From Opitutales bacterium (GTDB lineage: Bacteria > Verrucomicrobiota > Verrucomicrobiia > Opitutales > UBA953), in contig JBBAUX010000006.1 of the NCBI GenBank assembly GCA_040398005.1, positions 53,370-83,753 of the forward strand: 30,384 nt of DNA, read 5' to 3'. Of this stretch, positions 15,854 through 25,543 are shown one piece after another (positions within the stretch are counted from its first letter, which is position 1; every line of letters starts with the position of its first letter). The notes below the pieces were generated by a model, which was given only the letters and a program-made list of their open reading frames with translations, was not told the origin of the DNA and did not search any database. The position numbers were made by a program, and so were the translations under genes.

Positions 15854-18544
15854 ATGACCTCCGCGCAAGTCCGTCAATCGTTCCTCGACTTCTTTAAGTC
15901 CAAGCAACACTCGATTGTTACCTCATCGAGTCTGATGCCCGACTCCCCGAACTTGCTGTTCACGAACGCGGGTATGAACCAATTCGTTCCGATTTTTTTA
16001 GGTCAAACCCAGTGCCCCTATAAACCCGGTCGCGCAGCCGACACCCAAAAATGTATTCGTGCGGGCGGAAAGCATAACGACTTAGAAGACGTCGGGCTCG
16101 ACACCTATCACCACACCTTTTTCGAGATGCTCGGAAACTGGTCCTTTGGAGATTACTTTAAACGTGAGGCGATTGATTTTGCGTGGGAGCTGATCACTGA
16201 AGTTTGGAGATTCCCGAAGAATCGATTATACGCGACCGTGTACTCTCCGAATAAGGCGAACGGCGACCCTTCGGAATTCGATCAAGAAGCTTGGGATGCG
16301 TGGGCAGAAAAATTCCGCGCCGCTGGGCTTGATCCCGCCGTCCACATTGTTAACGGAAACAAAAAAGATAATTTCTGGATGATGGGTGACACCGGCCCCT
16401 GTGGTCCTTGCACCGAACTGCACGTTGATTTAACGCCGAATGGCGACACCCAAGGCAAATTCGTGAACGGTAGCGACGCACGTTGCATGGAAATTTGGAA
16501 TTTGGTCTTCATTCAATTCAATGCGAATCCCGATGGCACCTTCTCGCCCCTGCCCGCTCGTCACGTTGACACCGGCATGGGCTTTGAGCGTGTGGCTGGC
16601 ATCATGCAATGCACGAAGAACTTCAAAGATTTCTCCGGTACCATTTCAAATTACGAAAGCGATGTTTTCTCGCCGCTGTTCCGTCGACTCGAAGAACTTT
16701 CCGGTAAGAAATATTGTTCGACGCTTCCCGTTGCTGGATCGACCGGTGACAACGAGCAGGAAAAAATCGATGTCGCCTTCCGCGTTATCGCTGACCACAT
16801 CCGCACACTTTCCTTTGCTATCGCTGACGGCATTCAACCTGGAAACACCGATCGCAACTATGTCTTGCGTCGTATTCTCCGTCGCGCTGTTCGTTACGGT
16901 CGCACGCTTGGGTTAAAAGGTGGATTCTTCCACAAGTTAGTCGACGTGTTAGCTGAGACGATGGGTGATACTTTCCCTGAGATTCGTACACGTCGTGCCA
17001 TTGTTGCTGATGTGATTCGTGCGGAAGAAGAATCCTTTAATCGCACACTCGATAAAGGTATCGCACTCTTTGAAGAGGAAGCGTCGAAACTCAAAGCTGG
17101 CGGCTCAATTACCGGTGCCCTCGCCTTCCGTTTATATGACGAACAAGGCTTCCCCTTAGATTTAACCCAATTGATGGCCCGTGAACGCGGTTTAACAGTC
17201 GACGGTAATGGTTTTGAAAAACTAATGGAAGAGCAACGCGCACGTGCACGTGCTGCGCAGAAAAAAGAAGTCATTACTCTCTCCGATGTTAAAGCCGATC
17301 ACGCGACAGAATTTGTTGGATACGATTTAAACACTACGGAAGCCAAAGTGTTACAGGTCGCAAAAATCAAAGACCGCAACGTTGTGATTCTCAGCCGCAC
17401 CGTATGTTACGCTGAAATGGGCGGACAAATGGGAGATACTGCAATTTTATCAGTAGGTGGTCGGGAGTGGCGTGTTGTCGATACACAGAAATCGGGTCAA
17501 ACGACCGTTCATATTATTGAAGGCAGTGATACGCCTGAGGAAGGAGCGACGGTCACCGTGACGCTCGATCAATCACGTCGTAACGCTATCCAACGTCACC
17601 ATACCGTGACACATATTCTGCACTGGGCTCTCCATGAAGTCGTTTCCAAGGAAGCTTCGCAAAAAGGTTCAGCCGTTGCACCTGATAAACTCACATTCGA
17701 TTTTAATGGTCAGGCCCTTTCACCCAATCAACTAGCGGATATTGAACATCTGGTGAATGAACGTATTTTAGCTAATGAAGTCGTTTCCTGGAAGGAAGTT
17801 AAACTCACTGAAGTTAAAGGCCGTGCCGACATCATGCAGTTCTTCGGCGATAAATATGGCGAAACCGTTCGGGTCGTTCAAGTGGGCGGCAAGGCTCATG
17901 GACTCAATGGATGGTCGATGGAATTGTGTGCAGGAACGCACGTACATAGCACTGGTGAAATCGGATTATTCCGTATCATCGGAGAAAGTGCTATCGCCGC
18001 AGGGGTACGACGTATCGAAGCCGTCGCTGGATTAGCGGCCTACGATCGGGTCCGTCATGAATCCGAAATTTTAAAATCCTTAGCGCACACTCACAATACA
18101 CCCGTGTCTGAGTTAACTAAGAAAATAGACGCGCTGAGCGAACAGGCCAACGCCGCGGAAAAGAAATTAAAAGTTTATCGTGATAAAGAAGCTTCACAAT
18201 TAGCCGATCAGTTAACTCACGAAGCGAAAATTAAAAACGGTTTAAGTTTCGTGATTAAACAAGTGGCGATTGAAAATCCCGTTGAGCTTCGCGAAGTCGG
18301 AGCGAAAGTAGCAGGCAAGATTGGTGCTGCTGCCGTGATTATTTTAGCGAGTGTGAACGCCGGAAAAGTTTCGTTGGTTGTGAACTGCGGTGCCGATGCT
18401 GTGAAGGCGGGTCAGCAAGCAGGCAAGATTGTGGCCGATGCCTGTGGACGTCTCGGTGGCAAAGGCGGAGGCAAGCCCGACGCTGCGATGGGTGGTGGCA
18501 CCGACGCTTCAAAACTCGCTGAAGTCCTCGCTAGTTTGGGATAA
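15854..18544 (+). CDS. alaS: Alanine--tRNA ligase
   Basis: LLFTNAGMNQF, HHTFFEMLGNWSFGDYFK, VDTGMGFER, editing motifs HHTVTHILH and ELCAGTHV, and C-terminal GGKGGGKPD. Confidence 0.99.
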   Translation: MTSAQVRQSFLDFFKSKQHSIVTSSSLMPDSPNLLFTNAGMNQFVPIFLGQTQCPYKPGRAADTQKCIRAGGKHNDLEDVGLDTYHHTFFEMLGNWSFGDYFKREAIDFAWELITEVWRFPKNRLYATVYSPNKANGDPSEFDQEAWDAWAEKFRAAGLDPAVHIVNGNKKDNFWMMGDTGPCGPCTELHVDLTPNGDTQGKFVNGSDARCMEIWNLVFIQFNANPDGTFSPLPARHVDTGMGFERVAGIMQCTKNFKDFSGTISNYESDVFSPLFRRLEELSGKKYCSTLPVAGSTGDNEQEKIDVAFRVIADHIRTLSFAIADGIQPGNTDRNYVLRRILRRAVRYGRTLGLKGGFFHKLVDVLAETMGDTFPEIRTRRAIVADVIRAEEESFNRTLDKGIALFEEEASKLKAGGSITGALAFRLYDEQGFPLDLTQLMARERGLTVDGNGFEKLMEEQRARARAAQKKEVITLSDVKADHATEFVGYDLNTTEAKVLQVAKIKDRNVVILSRTVCYAEMGGQMGDTAILSVGGREWRVVDTQKSGQTTVHIIEGSDTPEEGATVTVTLDQSRRNAIQRHHTVTHILHWALHEVVSKEASQKGSAVAPDKLTFDFNGQALSPNQLADIEHLVNERILANEVVSWKEVKLTEVKGRADIMQFFGDKYGETVRVVQVGGKAHGLNGWSMELCAGTHVHSTGEIGLFRIIGESAIAAGVRRIEAVAGLAAYDRVRHESEILKSLAHTHNTPVSELTKKIDALSEQANAAEKKLKVYRDKEASQLADQLTHEAKIKNGLSFVIKQVAIENPVELREVGAKVAGKIGAAAVIILASVNAGKVSLVVNCGADAVKAGQQAGKIVADACGRLGGKGGGKPDAAMGGGTDASKLAEVLASLG

Positions 18545-18633
18545 GTCCCGAATATTCTGTTTTTTATTAAGAAATGAGAAGCCTTTCGCACTTTCCCTTT
18601 CTTATTAAAACCGCATAGTGGTTTTTCGCCACC

Positions 18634-19446
18634 ATGACTATTCGTCGCTTAGCACTCTTCGTCAACCGCACCAAGCCAGGGGTGGAAGAGATTATGCGGG
18701 CGGTAGAAGAGACCACTCGCAAGGCGGGAGTGAGTCTGACGATTGCCGATGCGTGGCCCGTAAAACGCGAAAGCATTGCGGGCTGTGATGCCTGTGGTGT
18801 GGTCGGTGGCGACGGAACTTTTTTAGGACTCGCTGAAGCTGCCGCACTCGAAGGCATTCCCCTTTTTGGTATTAATCGTGGCAAGTTAGGATTCTTAGCG
18901 GCGTATCCGAGTGAAGATGTGAGCGCTTCGATTAAATCTATTTTAGCGGGAGACTATCGACTCGATCGCCGTGCGCTGATTGAGATTCGGTTTGCCGATG
19001 GTTCATTTGCATTAGCACTCAATGATATTGTGCTTAAGACACGTGAAGTCTTTCGGATGGGACGTTTTGTGGTAAAAGCCAATGGTGAGGTCGTTAATGA
19101 ATTTCGGGCGGATGGTTTAATTTTAGCTACGCCCACCGGGTCGACTGCTTATAATTTAGCGGCGGGTGGCCCCTTGGTGGATCCGGCGGCGGCGATTATT
19201 GCGCTGACGCCGATTTGTGGGCACACGCTTTCCAATCGCACCATGATTTTCGACGGCGAAGCTGAACTCCAAGTAAGCAGCGAGGACGTGAATCTCTTAG
19301 GTATATCGGTCGATGGACGGGCAACGCTCGAGGCCCAAGGTCGCCTGCCCTTGCAGGTTCGCACAGCCAAAGTGCAGTTAAGCCTTATTCGTCCGAAGAA
19401 CTTGAGCCATTTCGAGGTTATTCGAAATAAGCTGAAGTGGTCGTAA
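18634..19446 (+). CDS. nadK: NAD(+) kinase
   Basis: GGDGTFL, GINRGKLGFL, ALNDIV, ADGLILATPTGSTAYNLAAGGP. Confidence 0.97.
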   Translation: MTIRRLALFVNRTKPGVEEIMRAVEETTRKAGVSLTIADAWPVKRESIAGCDACGVVGGDGTFLGLAEAAALEGIPLFGINRGKLGFLAAYPSEDVSASIKSILAGDYRLDRRALIEIRFADGSFALALNDIVLKTREVFRMGRFVVKANGEVVNEFRADGLILATPTGSTAYNLAAGGPLVDPAAAIIALTPICGHTLSNRTMIFDGEAELQVSSEDVNLLGISVDGRATLEAQGRLPLQVRTAKVQLSLIRPKNLSHFEVIRNKLKWS

Positions 19447-19508
19447 TTTAGAAATCTAAGCCAGACATTGACGAACGTGGCAAAGGTTGTTTTTGCTATG
19501 CTGACTGT

Positions 19509-21359
19509 ATGCTCACGATAGCCAATGTTTCTAAGTCCTACGGACCTCGCGAATTATTCGCCGAGGTTTCGCTGAACATTGCGAGCTACGATCGCCTCGG
19601 ACTCGTGGGTGCGAACGGTGCTGGAAAATCGACCCTCTTTAATCTCATTCTCGGAAAAGAGAAACCTGATGATGGTATCATCGAATGGGAACGCGGTTCT
19701 GACTTTGGATTTCTTCCTCAAGAAAGCGCACCGGTCGGCGATGAGACGGTGATGCAAATTGCCACCAGTGGTCGCAGTTTAAATCCTGAGGATGAAGATT
19801 ACGATTACACACTCGAACCGAAGGCGCATAAAATTTTAGCGGGTTTAGGATTTCGTGAAGGCGATGCCGATAAGCAGGCGAAAACTTTTTCAGGTGGATG
19901 GGTCATGCGTGCTCACCTTGCACGCCTCTTAGTCAGCGAACCTACCCTACTCTTATTGGACGAACCAACCAATCACCTCGACCTCGAAGCTCTGCTTTGG
20001 TTTCAGGACTACCTAATGCGTTATTCGGGCGGACTCGTCGTCATCTCGCACGACCGGGCTTTTCTTAATGCATTATGCACCGGAATCATTGAGTTACGGG
20101 GTCAACGACTCCATCGCTATAACGGTAACTACGACGAGTATTTAATCGAAAAAGAAGCCCGCAAATCACAACATCAGTCCGCTTTTAAAAATCAGCAGCG
20201 TGAAATCGAACACTTGCAGAAATTCGTAGATCGATTCGGTGCGAAGGCGTCCATGGCGTCGCGAGCTAAGTCTAAGGAAAAGCAAATTGCTCGATTGGAA
20301 GAAGTGGCGATTGATGAGCCCGAAGACGATTTAAAGAAAATTCATTTCAGATTTCCGCAGCCGATAAGGTCGGGATTAAAAGTCGTTAACCTTGAACACA
20401 TTCAACAATCGTACGGTGAACACGTCGTTTATGAAGATCTCAATTTCACGTCGGAGCGCGGACAACGTATTGTGTTGGTCGGTCCTAACGGCGCGGGTAA
20501 ATCAACCTTACTCAAAATTTTAGCCAATGTAATTCCCATTAAGGGGGGTCTGAGAGAATTAGGCAGTAATGTTATCCCTGGTTATTTTGCACAGAATCGG
20601 GTCGATAGCCTCAATCCGAGTCTGACTGTCTTAGAGAACGTGATGGAATTACGTACGATGGAAAATAAACTCACGGAGCAACAAGCGCGTGGGCTTTTAG
20701 GTTCATTTTTATTCAGAAAAGACGATGTCAATAAGCCGGTGAAAGTTCTGTCGGGTGGAGAAAAATCGCGCCTAGCCTTGGTGCGTCTGCTCGTTAATCC
20801 ACCCAATTTATTACTGATGGATGAGCCAACCACTCACTTGGATATGGGGTCGATTGATGCACTCATTGGAGCGCTGAAAACTTATGAAGGTACACTGATT
20901 TTTATTAGTCACGACGTACACTTTATCAAAGCTATCGCACAAAATGTATTACACGTGCACTCCGGTCGCCTGACGCCTTACTCCGGCAACTACGATTATT
21001 ATTTAGAAAAATCCAAAGCAACCAATGAACGGGCGGCATTGACTGCAGGATTCACGGATGGTCGTCCGGTACAAAATATCAAAGCAGCTGAGAAGGCCTC
21101 CAAGCCTGTGGAAGCAAAACCTAATCCTGCTGATATTAAAAAAACCAAGAATCAGGTTACTAAATTAGAGCAACAAGTTGCCGATTTAGAGGCGAAACAG
21201 GCCAAACTCATGGCAGTGCTCAGCGATCCTGCAACCTACACTCAAGGAACTAAGGTGGCTGAATTAAATTCAGAATTAAAGGCGACCAACGAAGCCTTGG
21301 CATCGACCACGCAGCTCTGGGAACAAGCGGCGACTCGACTAGCGACGCTTTCTAGGTAA
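19509..21359 (+). CDS. ABC-F family ATPase (YheS/Uup-like)
   Basis: Two ABC domains (GANGAGKS, FSGGW, LDEPTNHLD; GPNGAGKS, LSGGEK, MDEPTTHLD), a linker and a C-terminal coiled coil, with no TM segments. Confidence 0.95.
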   Translation: MLTIANVSKSYGPRELFAEVSLNIASYDRLGLVGANGAGKSTLFNLILGKEKPDDGIIEWERGSDFGFLPQESAPVGDETVMQIATSGRSLNPEDEDYDYTLEPKAHKILAGLGFREGDADKQAKTFSGGWVMRAHLARLLVSEPTLLLLDEPTNHLDLEALLWFQDYLMRYSGGLVVISHDRAFLNALCTGIIELRGQRLHRYNGNYDEYLIEKEARKSQHQSAFKNQQREIEHLQKFVDRFGAKASMASRAKSKEKQIARLEEVAIDEPEDDLKKIHFRFPQPIRSGLKVVNLEHIQQSYGEHVVYEDLNFTSERGQRIVLVGPNGAGKSTLLKILANVIPIKGGLRELGSNVIPGYFAQNRVDSLNPSLTVLENVMELRTMENKLTEQQARGLLGSFLFRKDDVNKPVKVLSGGEKSRLALVRLLVNPPNLLLMDEPTTHLDMGSIDALIGALKTYEGTLIFISHDVHFIKAIAQNVLHVHSGRLTPYSGNYDYYLEKSKATNERAALTAGFTDGRPVQNIKAAEKASKPVEAKPNPADIKKTKNQVTKLEQQVADLEAKQAKLMAVLSDPATYTQGTKVAELNSELKATNEALASTTQLWEQAATRLATLSR

Positions 21360-21369
21360 TTATTCAGCC

Positions 21370-22398
21370 ATGCGGAAGGTTTTCGTATTTCTATTATTAG
21401 CCTGTCTTACCCAGCCGACTCAGGTATGGGCCCATATTTCCGGCGAAGAGTTAAGCGTATCGGCTAACAAAGTTATCAATTCTCTTGATGACAAACAAAG
21501 AGCCAAAGCCTGTTTTGATTTCGATAATAAAGAGCGAACCCATTGGATTTACGTACCCAGTGTTCGCCTTGGCTTGGCCATTAAAGAGCTAACAGAAACA
21601 CAGCAAAAGTTTGTGCAGGATTTATTGGCGACATCGCTCTCACCTGTCGGAAAAAATAAAGTCTTAGGGGTAATACTACTCGAAGAATATTTACGTGTGA
21701 AAGAGCAAGGAAAAGGTCAGTTCGTAAGAGATCCAGGACTCTATACCATTTCTTTTTTTGGAACACCGACGGCGAATGGTACTTGGGGTTGGCGCTGGGA
21801 AGGTCATCACTGTTCGCAAAATTTTACGATAGTAGACGGTAAACTCATCGGAGCGACGCCCTCATTCATTGGGGCAAATCCAGGTAAGATTAATGATGAT
21901 AAAAGTGCGAATAACGGATTTGAGTTACTGGCTTTTGAAGATCTCAGAGGTCGTGAATTGGCACAATCGCTCACTCCGGAACAATTTAAAAAAGCACTGA
22001 TAAAGGGCGCGACCCCGAAAGATATCGTGTCGAAGAATACTGCGAGGCTTGGCCTCATGGCATCTCAGGGAATTCCTTTAAAAGACCTATCACCCGCACA
22101 GAAAAAAATTCTAGGGCAAATCATCATCGAATACGTTGGGCGGGCACGACCTGATTTTGCGATACAGGAAATGAAGGAAATTACCGCTACACCCGAAGAT
22201 CAGATTTATTTTGGATGGTCGGGTGGCCTCGAAGTTGGACAGCCTCACTACTATCGCGTACAAGGTCCGACCTTCTTATTTGAATTAGATAATACGCAAA
22301 ATAACGCCAACCACGTGCACACCGTCTGGCGTGACCTAAAAAAAGATTTCGGGCATGATGTATTAGCCGAACACCTCAATACGGCTCACGGAAAATAA
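21370..22398 (+). CDS. DUF3500 domain protein, secreted
   Basis: Signal peptide; WGWRWEGHHCSQNFT; HYYRVQGPTFLFELDNTQNNANHVHTVWRD. Confidence 0.88.
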   Translation: MRKVFVFLLLACLTQPTQVWAHISGEELSVSANKVINSLDDKQRAKACFDFDNKERTHWIYVPSVRLGLAIKELTETQQKFVQDLLATSLSPVGKNKVLGVILLEEYLRVKEQGKGQFVRDPGLYTISFFGTPTANGTWGWRWEGHHCSQNFTIVDGKLIGATPSFIGANPGKINDDKSANNGFELLAFEDLRGRELAQSLTPEQFKKALIKGATPKDIVSKNTARLGLMASQGIPLKDLSPAQKKILGQIIIEYVGRARPDFAIQEMKEITATPEDQIYFGWSGGLEVGQPHYYRVQGPTFLFELDNTQNNANHVHTVWRDLKKDFGHDVLAEHLNTAHGK

Positions 22399-22470
22399 TA
22401 GAGGGTTTATTTATTGGGCTAAATCCCCTTCCCGCTTGCGACTATCGTTTTCATTGGTTGGATAGGGTTT

Positions 22471-24189
22471 ATGGCTGGGTTAACAACCATTCGAAATACC
22501 AATGCACTCTGGGGAGCGGTCGGAGTCAGCACCCTTGAATCACTCGATTTAAAGCACGTCGTCATTTCCCCGGGTTCACGTTCTACACCCTTAGCAGCGG
22601 TCTTTGCCGAATCGAAAAAAATTACATCATACTCGGTTTTAGATGAACGTTCCGCGGCATTTTTTGCTTTAGGAATCGCCAAGGCCTCACGTCAACCCGT
22701 GGCGCTCTTATGTACATCGGGTACAGCGGTCGCAAATTATTTACCCGCGGTCATTGAAGCGCGTTTATCGGCGACGCCCTTAATTATTTTGTCGGCGGAT
22801 CGGCCACCCGAGTTACGCGACTGCCATTCGGGTCAGACCGTTACGCAAAATAATATTTTTGGAACTTATCCAGTGTGGGCGACGGAAGTAGCGGTGCCGT
22901 CGAGTGAGATAAATCTTTTGAGATATTGGAGGCAGACCTTGGTTGATGCGTGGCAGCGTGCGCAGGGACCTGTAGCGGGTCCGGTCCATCTCAATCTCCC
23001 CTTCCGTGATCCACTGAATCCGAGTGAAAAAGAACAAGGGTTTAAAATGCCTAAGGGTTTCAATCTAAAGACCTTCACGGCTTTACCTCAGACGCTCAGC
23101 ATTACTCCTAATTTATTGCCTGAAAGTGTTGCAACCCTCCTTCCGAAGACTGACCGCGGAGTGATTATCGTCGGACCCCATGCCTTTGCCGATCGGGCGG
23201 AGTCTGCTCAAGCCATCTTACAATTAGCTCAACTCACCGGATGGCCTATTTTAGCGGATGGTGCGGGAACATTACGCGGCGATTTAGCCAAGAGCGGTCA
23301 ACTCGTCAGCACATACGATTATATTCTGCGAAATGCAGCGGCCGCAAAACAACTCAAGGCCGAGTATGCGGTAATTATTGGTCCCCTACCTACCAGTAAA
23401 GTTTTACGCCAATGGCTCAAAGCTGCCGACTTGCCTGCGATTCAGTTAAATCGTCCGAGTGATAATACGGATATGACGCACTCACGTTGGACGCGTCTGG
23501 ACGGCCTATTACAGGCATCGACTAAGACGTTTAAACCCAAAGAAGGTAAATATTTATCATTATGGAAAAAACTCCACAAACAATCCCTGGTTAAACTAGA
23601 GAAGATGGTGAACGTGGATTGGGCGTTTGAAGGAAAAGCCATTTCGCTGATTGATGAAGCGCTCGGTGCTGATGATCGCTTATTCATTGGCAGCAGTATG
23701 CCGATCCGTGACGTGGAATGGTTTTATCATCCAGCAGGTGCAGGTCCAGAAGTACTCTGTAATCGGGGTGCTAATGGTATCGATGGAACTGTTTCTACCG
23801 CACTGGGAGCGTCGGTTGAAGGTAAGCACAATGTATTCGTCTGTGGTGATTTAACCTTTTTACACGACAGCAATGCCCTACTCACCGCATCAGGCCACAC
23901 GGGTGATTTAACTATTTTAGTCATCAACAATCAAGGGGGCGGCATTTTTAACCATCTCGTAGTGGCGGAAAAAAATAAGCATTTCGAAAAACTTTGGGGT
24001 ACGCCGCAGATTGCCGATATTGGAAAACTCTGTGCCGCACATTTAGTACGTCATAGCACGGCCAATACTTGGGCAGAGTTGAGAAAACTTTTAGAGATTC
24101 GTGGACGCGGAGTGCGCGTCATCGAATTCTGGACGGATCGCAAAAAGAATGCCGAGTATCGGCTTAAGTCTTTCGGCACTAAAAAATAA
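22471..24189 (+). CDS. menD: SEPHCHC synthase (menaquinone biosynthesis)
   Basis: VISPGSRSTPL, LDERSAAFFALG, CTSGTAVANY, ADRPPEL, NRGANGIDG, GDLTFLHD, NNQGGGIF. Confidence 0.97.
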   Translation: MAGLTTIRNTNALWGAVGVSTLESLDLKHVVISPGSRSTPLAAVFAESKKITSYSVLDERSAAFFALGIAKASRQPVALLCTSGTAVANYLPAVIEARLSATPLIILSADRPPELRDCHSGQTVTQNNIFGTYPVWATEVAVPSSEINLLRYWRQTLVDAWQRAQGPVAGPVHLNLPFRDPLNPSEKEQGFKMPKGFNLKTFTALPQTLSITPNLLPESVATLLPKTDRGVIIVGPHAFADRAESAQAILQLAQLTGWPILADGAGTLRGDLAKSGQLVSTYDYILRNAAAAKQLKAEYAVIIGPLPTSKVLRQWLKAADLPAIQLNRPSDNTDMTHSRWTRLDGLLQASTKTFKPKEGKYLSLWKKLHKQSLVKLEKMVNVDWAFEGKAISLIDEALGADDRLFIGSSMPIRDVEWFYHPAGAGPEVLCNRGANGIDGTVSTALGASVEGKHNVFVCGDLTFLHDSNALLTASGHTGDLTILVINNQGGGIFNHLVVAEKNKHFEKLWGTPQIADIGKLCAAHLVRHSTANTWAELRKLLEIRGRGVRVIEFWTDRKKNAEYRLKSFGTKK

Positions 24190-24191
24190 TT

Positions 24192-25499
24192 TTACTTAGC
24201 CCAACCCCAGCGTGGACCGAAGGGATGCAGAATGACTACGGGTCGACCGACGACGTCTTTTCCTGGCACCTCACCCCAACCGCGTGAGTCAAAACTATTC
24301 GCGGAGTTGTCTCCGAGAGCGTAGTAATGTCCGGCCGTCACTTGGTATTCACCGGTCAGCGGAATAGAGTAACCGAAATTTCCGATATCGGCCAAATACC
24401 CGTAATAATTACGTGAAATGGCTCTTTGAGAATTCAGCGCCATCGGCTCAGGGCTAGTGACCTCACTACCGTTCACGAATAATTTTCCATCACTACCGAC
24501 GCGAAGTTTATCACCGGGGGTGCCCACGAGTCGTTTGACGTAATAATTTTGGGAAGGTACGCCTTGAACCGCTAGGCCGGGAATATGATTGGTGCGGAAG
24601 ACAAAAGTATCACCCCGCGACGGGTTAACGAAATTATACGATACGCGATCGACGAAAAGCATATCACCAGTAAGAATATCAAAGTTTAATATAATTTCTC
24701 CGGCCTGCACGGTCATCGCAGTTTTTAACATCGGACCGTTGTTAGTCTCTTCGATTAAGTTATTCAGTTGAGCCTGTGCGATTACTTTTTCCCAGCGCTC
24801 GTTATCCTGACGACGCAACGGCATAGCGGCGTAGTTCGGGTAAAAGGTGCGCAGTAAAACACCGTCTAAATTAAAATCCTGAGGTACGGAAATAGCTTGG
24901 GCGCGATTACCGATGTAAATTTCTTGGTGGTCAGCACCCGTGGCACGATGACGTAGGCGATAGCGTCTCACAGTACCATCGTAGCCAAGGAACTCTAAGG
25001 GTATTTTAACGATGCCTGAGTCTTCTGCCTGAATTACATAGTTTGAAGACCAGTCGGTAATTTTACCGATGATCTTCTCTTTTAAAGTCGGGACAGCATC
25101 GGAGGGTGCACGTACCACGGAAGTCATACCGTTATAGGTCGGCCACATCGAGTTCGTAGGAATCTTGAAGGGCTGAAGAAAGAAACTACGGATACCGCCG
25201 GCGACGATGGCAGCCATCACCAGCATCTCAACCCAATCACCGAGCATGGTTACTGGGAAAATCTTTCCGCCGTATTCAATGAGTACTTCCTTTAACGCGG
25301 TGGTGTCGTGTTCAAGTTTTTCAGCGTTAAACTCTTTCGCTTTAAAGGTCACTTTAAGTTCAGTCTCAAGACGCTTGATATTTTCAACTACGTCGGCCGG
25401 TAAAACATCCTGACGATAAAGCACGACTTTCTCTGCACCTTCCAACACCGCCTTAGCTTCTTTGCGGAGCGCTTGTTTTTCGGTGAAGACAGGGAACAT
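24192..25499 (-). CDS. lepB: Signal peptidase I
   Basis: FKIPTNSMWPT (catalytic Ser), YVKRLVGTPGD (catalytic Lys), LGDNSANSFDSR; located downstream of lepA. Confidence 0.95.
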   Translation of the reverse strand: MFPVFTEKQALRKEAKAVLEGAEKVVLYRQDVLPADVVENIKRLETELKVTFKAKEFNAEKLEHDTTALKEVLIEYGGKIFPVTMLGDWVEMLVMAAIVAGGIRSFFLQPFKIPTNSMWPTYNGMTSVVRAPSDAVPTLKEKIIGKITDWSSNYVIQAEDSGIVKIPLEFLGYDGTVRRYRLRHRATGADHQEIYIGNRAQAISVPQDFNLDGVLLRTFYPNYAAMPLRRQDNERWEKVIAQAQLNNLIEETNNGPMLKTAMTVQAGEIILNFDILTGDMLFVDRVSYNFVNPSRGDTFVFRTNHIPGLAVQGVPSQNYYVKRLVGTPGDKLRVGSDGKLFVNGSEVTSPEPMALNSQRAISRNYYGYLADIGNFGYSIPLTGEYQVTAGHYYALGDNSANSFDSRGWGEVPGKDVVGRPVVILHPFGPRWGWAK

Positions 25500-25543
25500 G
25501 ACGAAAAGTTAAGACTAAAATCTTAAAGTGAAAAGAATAGAAA

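Noticed and set aside
24192..25499. Long LepB as a novel fusion
   Set aside because: The N-terminal helical extension and inserted domain match what I recall as typical of PVC-superphylum signal peptidases, and the catalytic motifs are normal.
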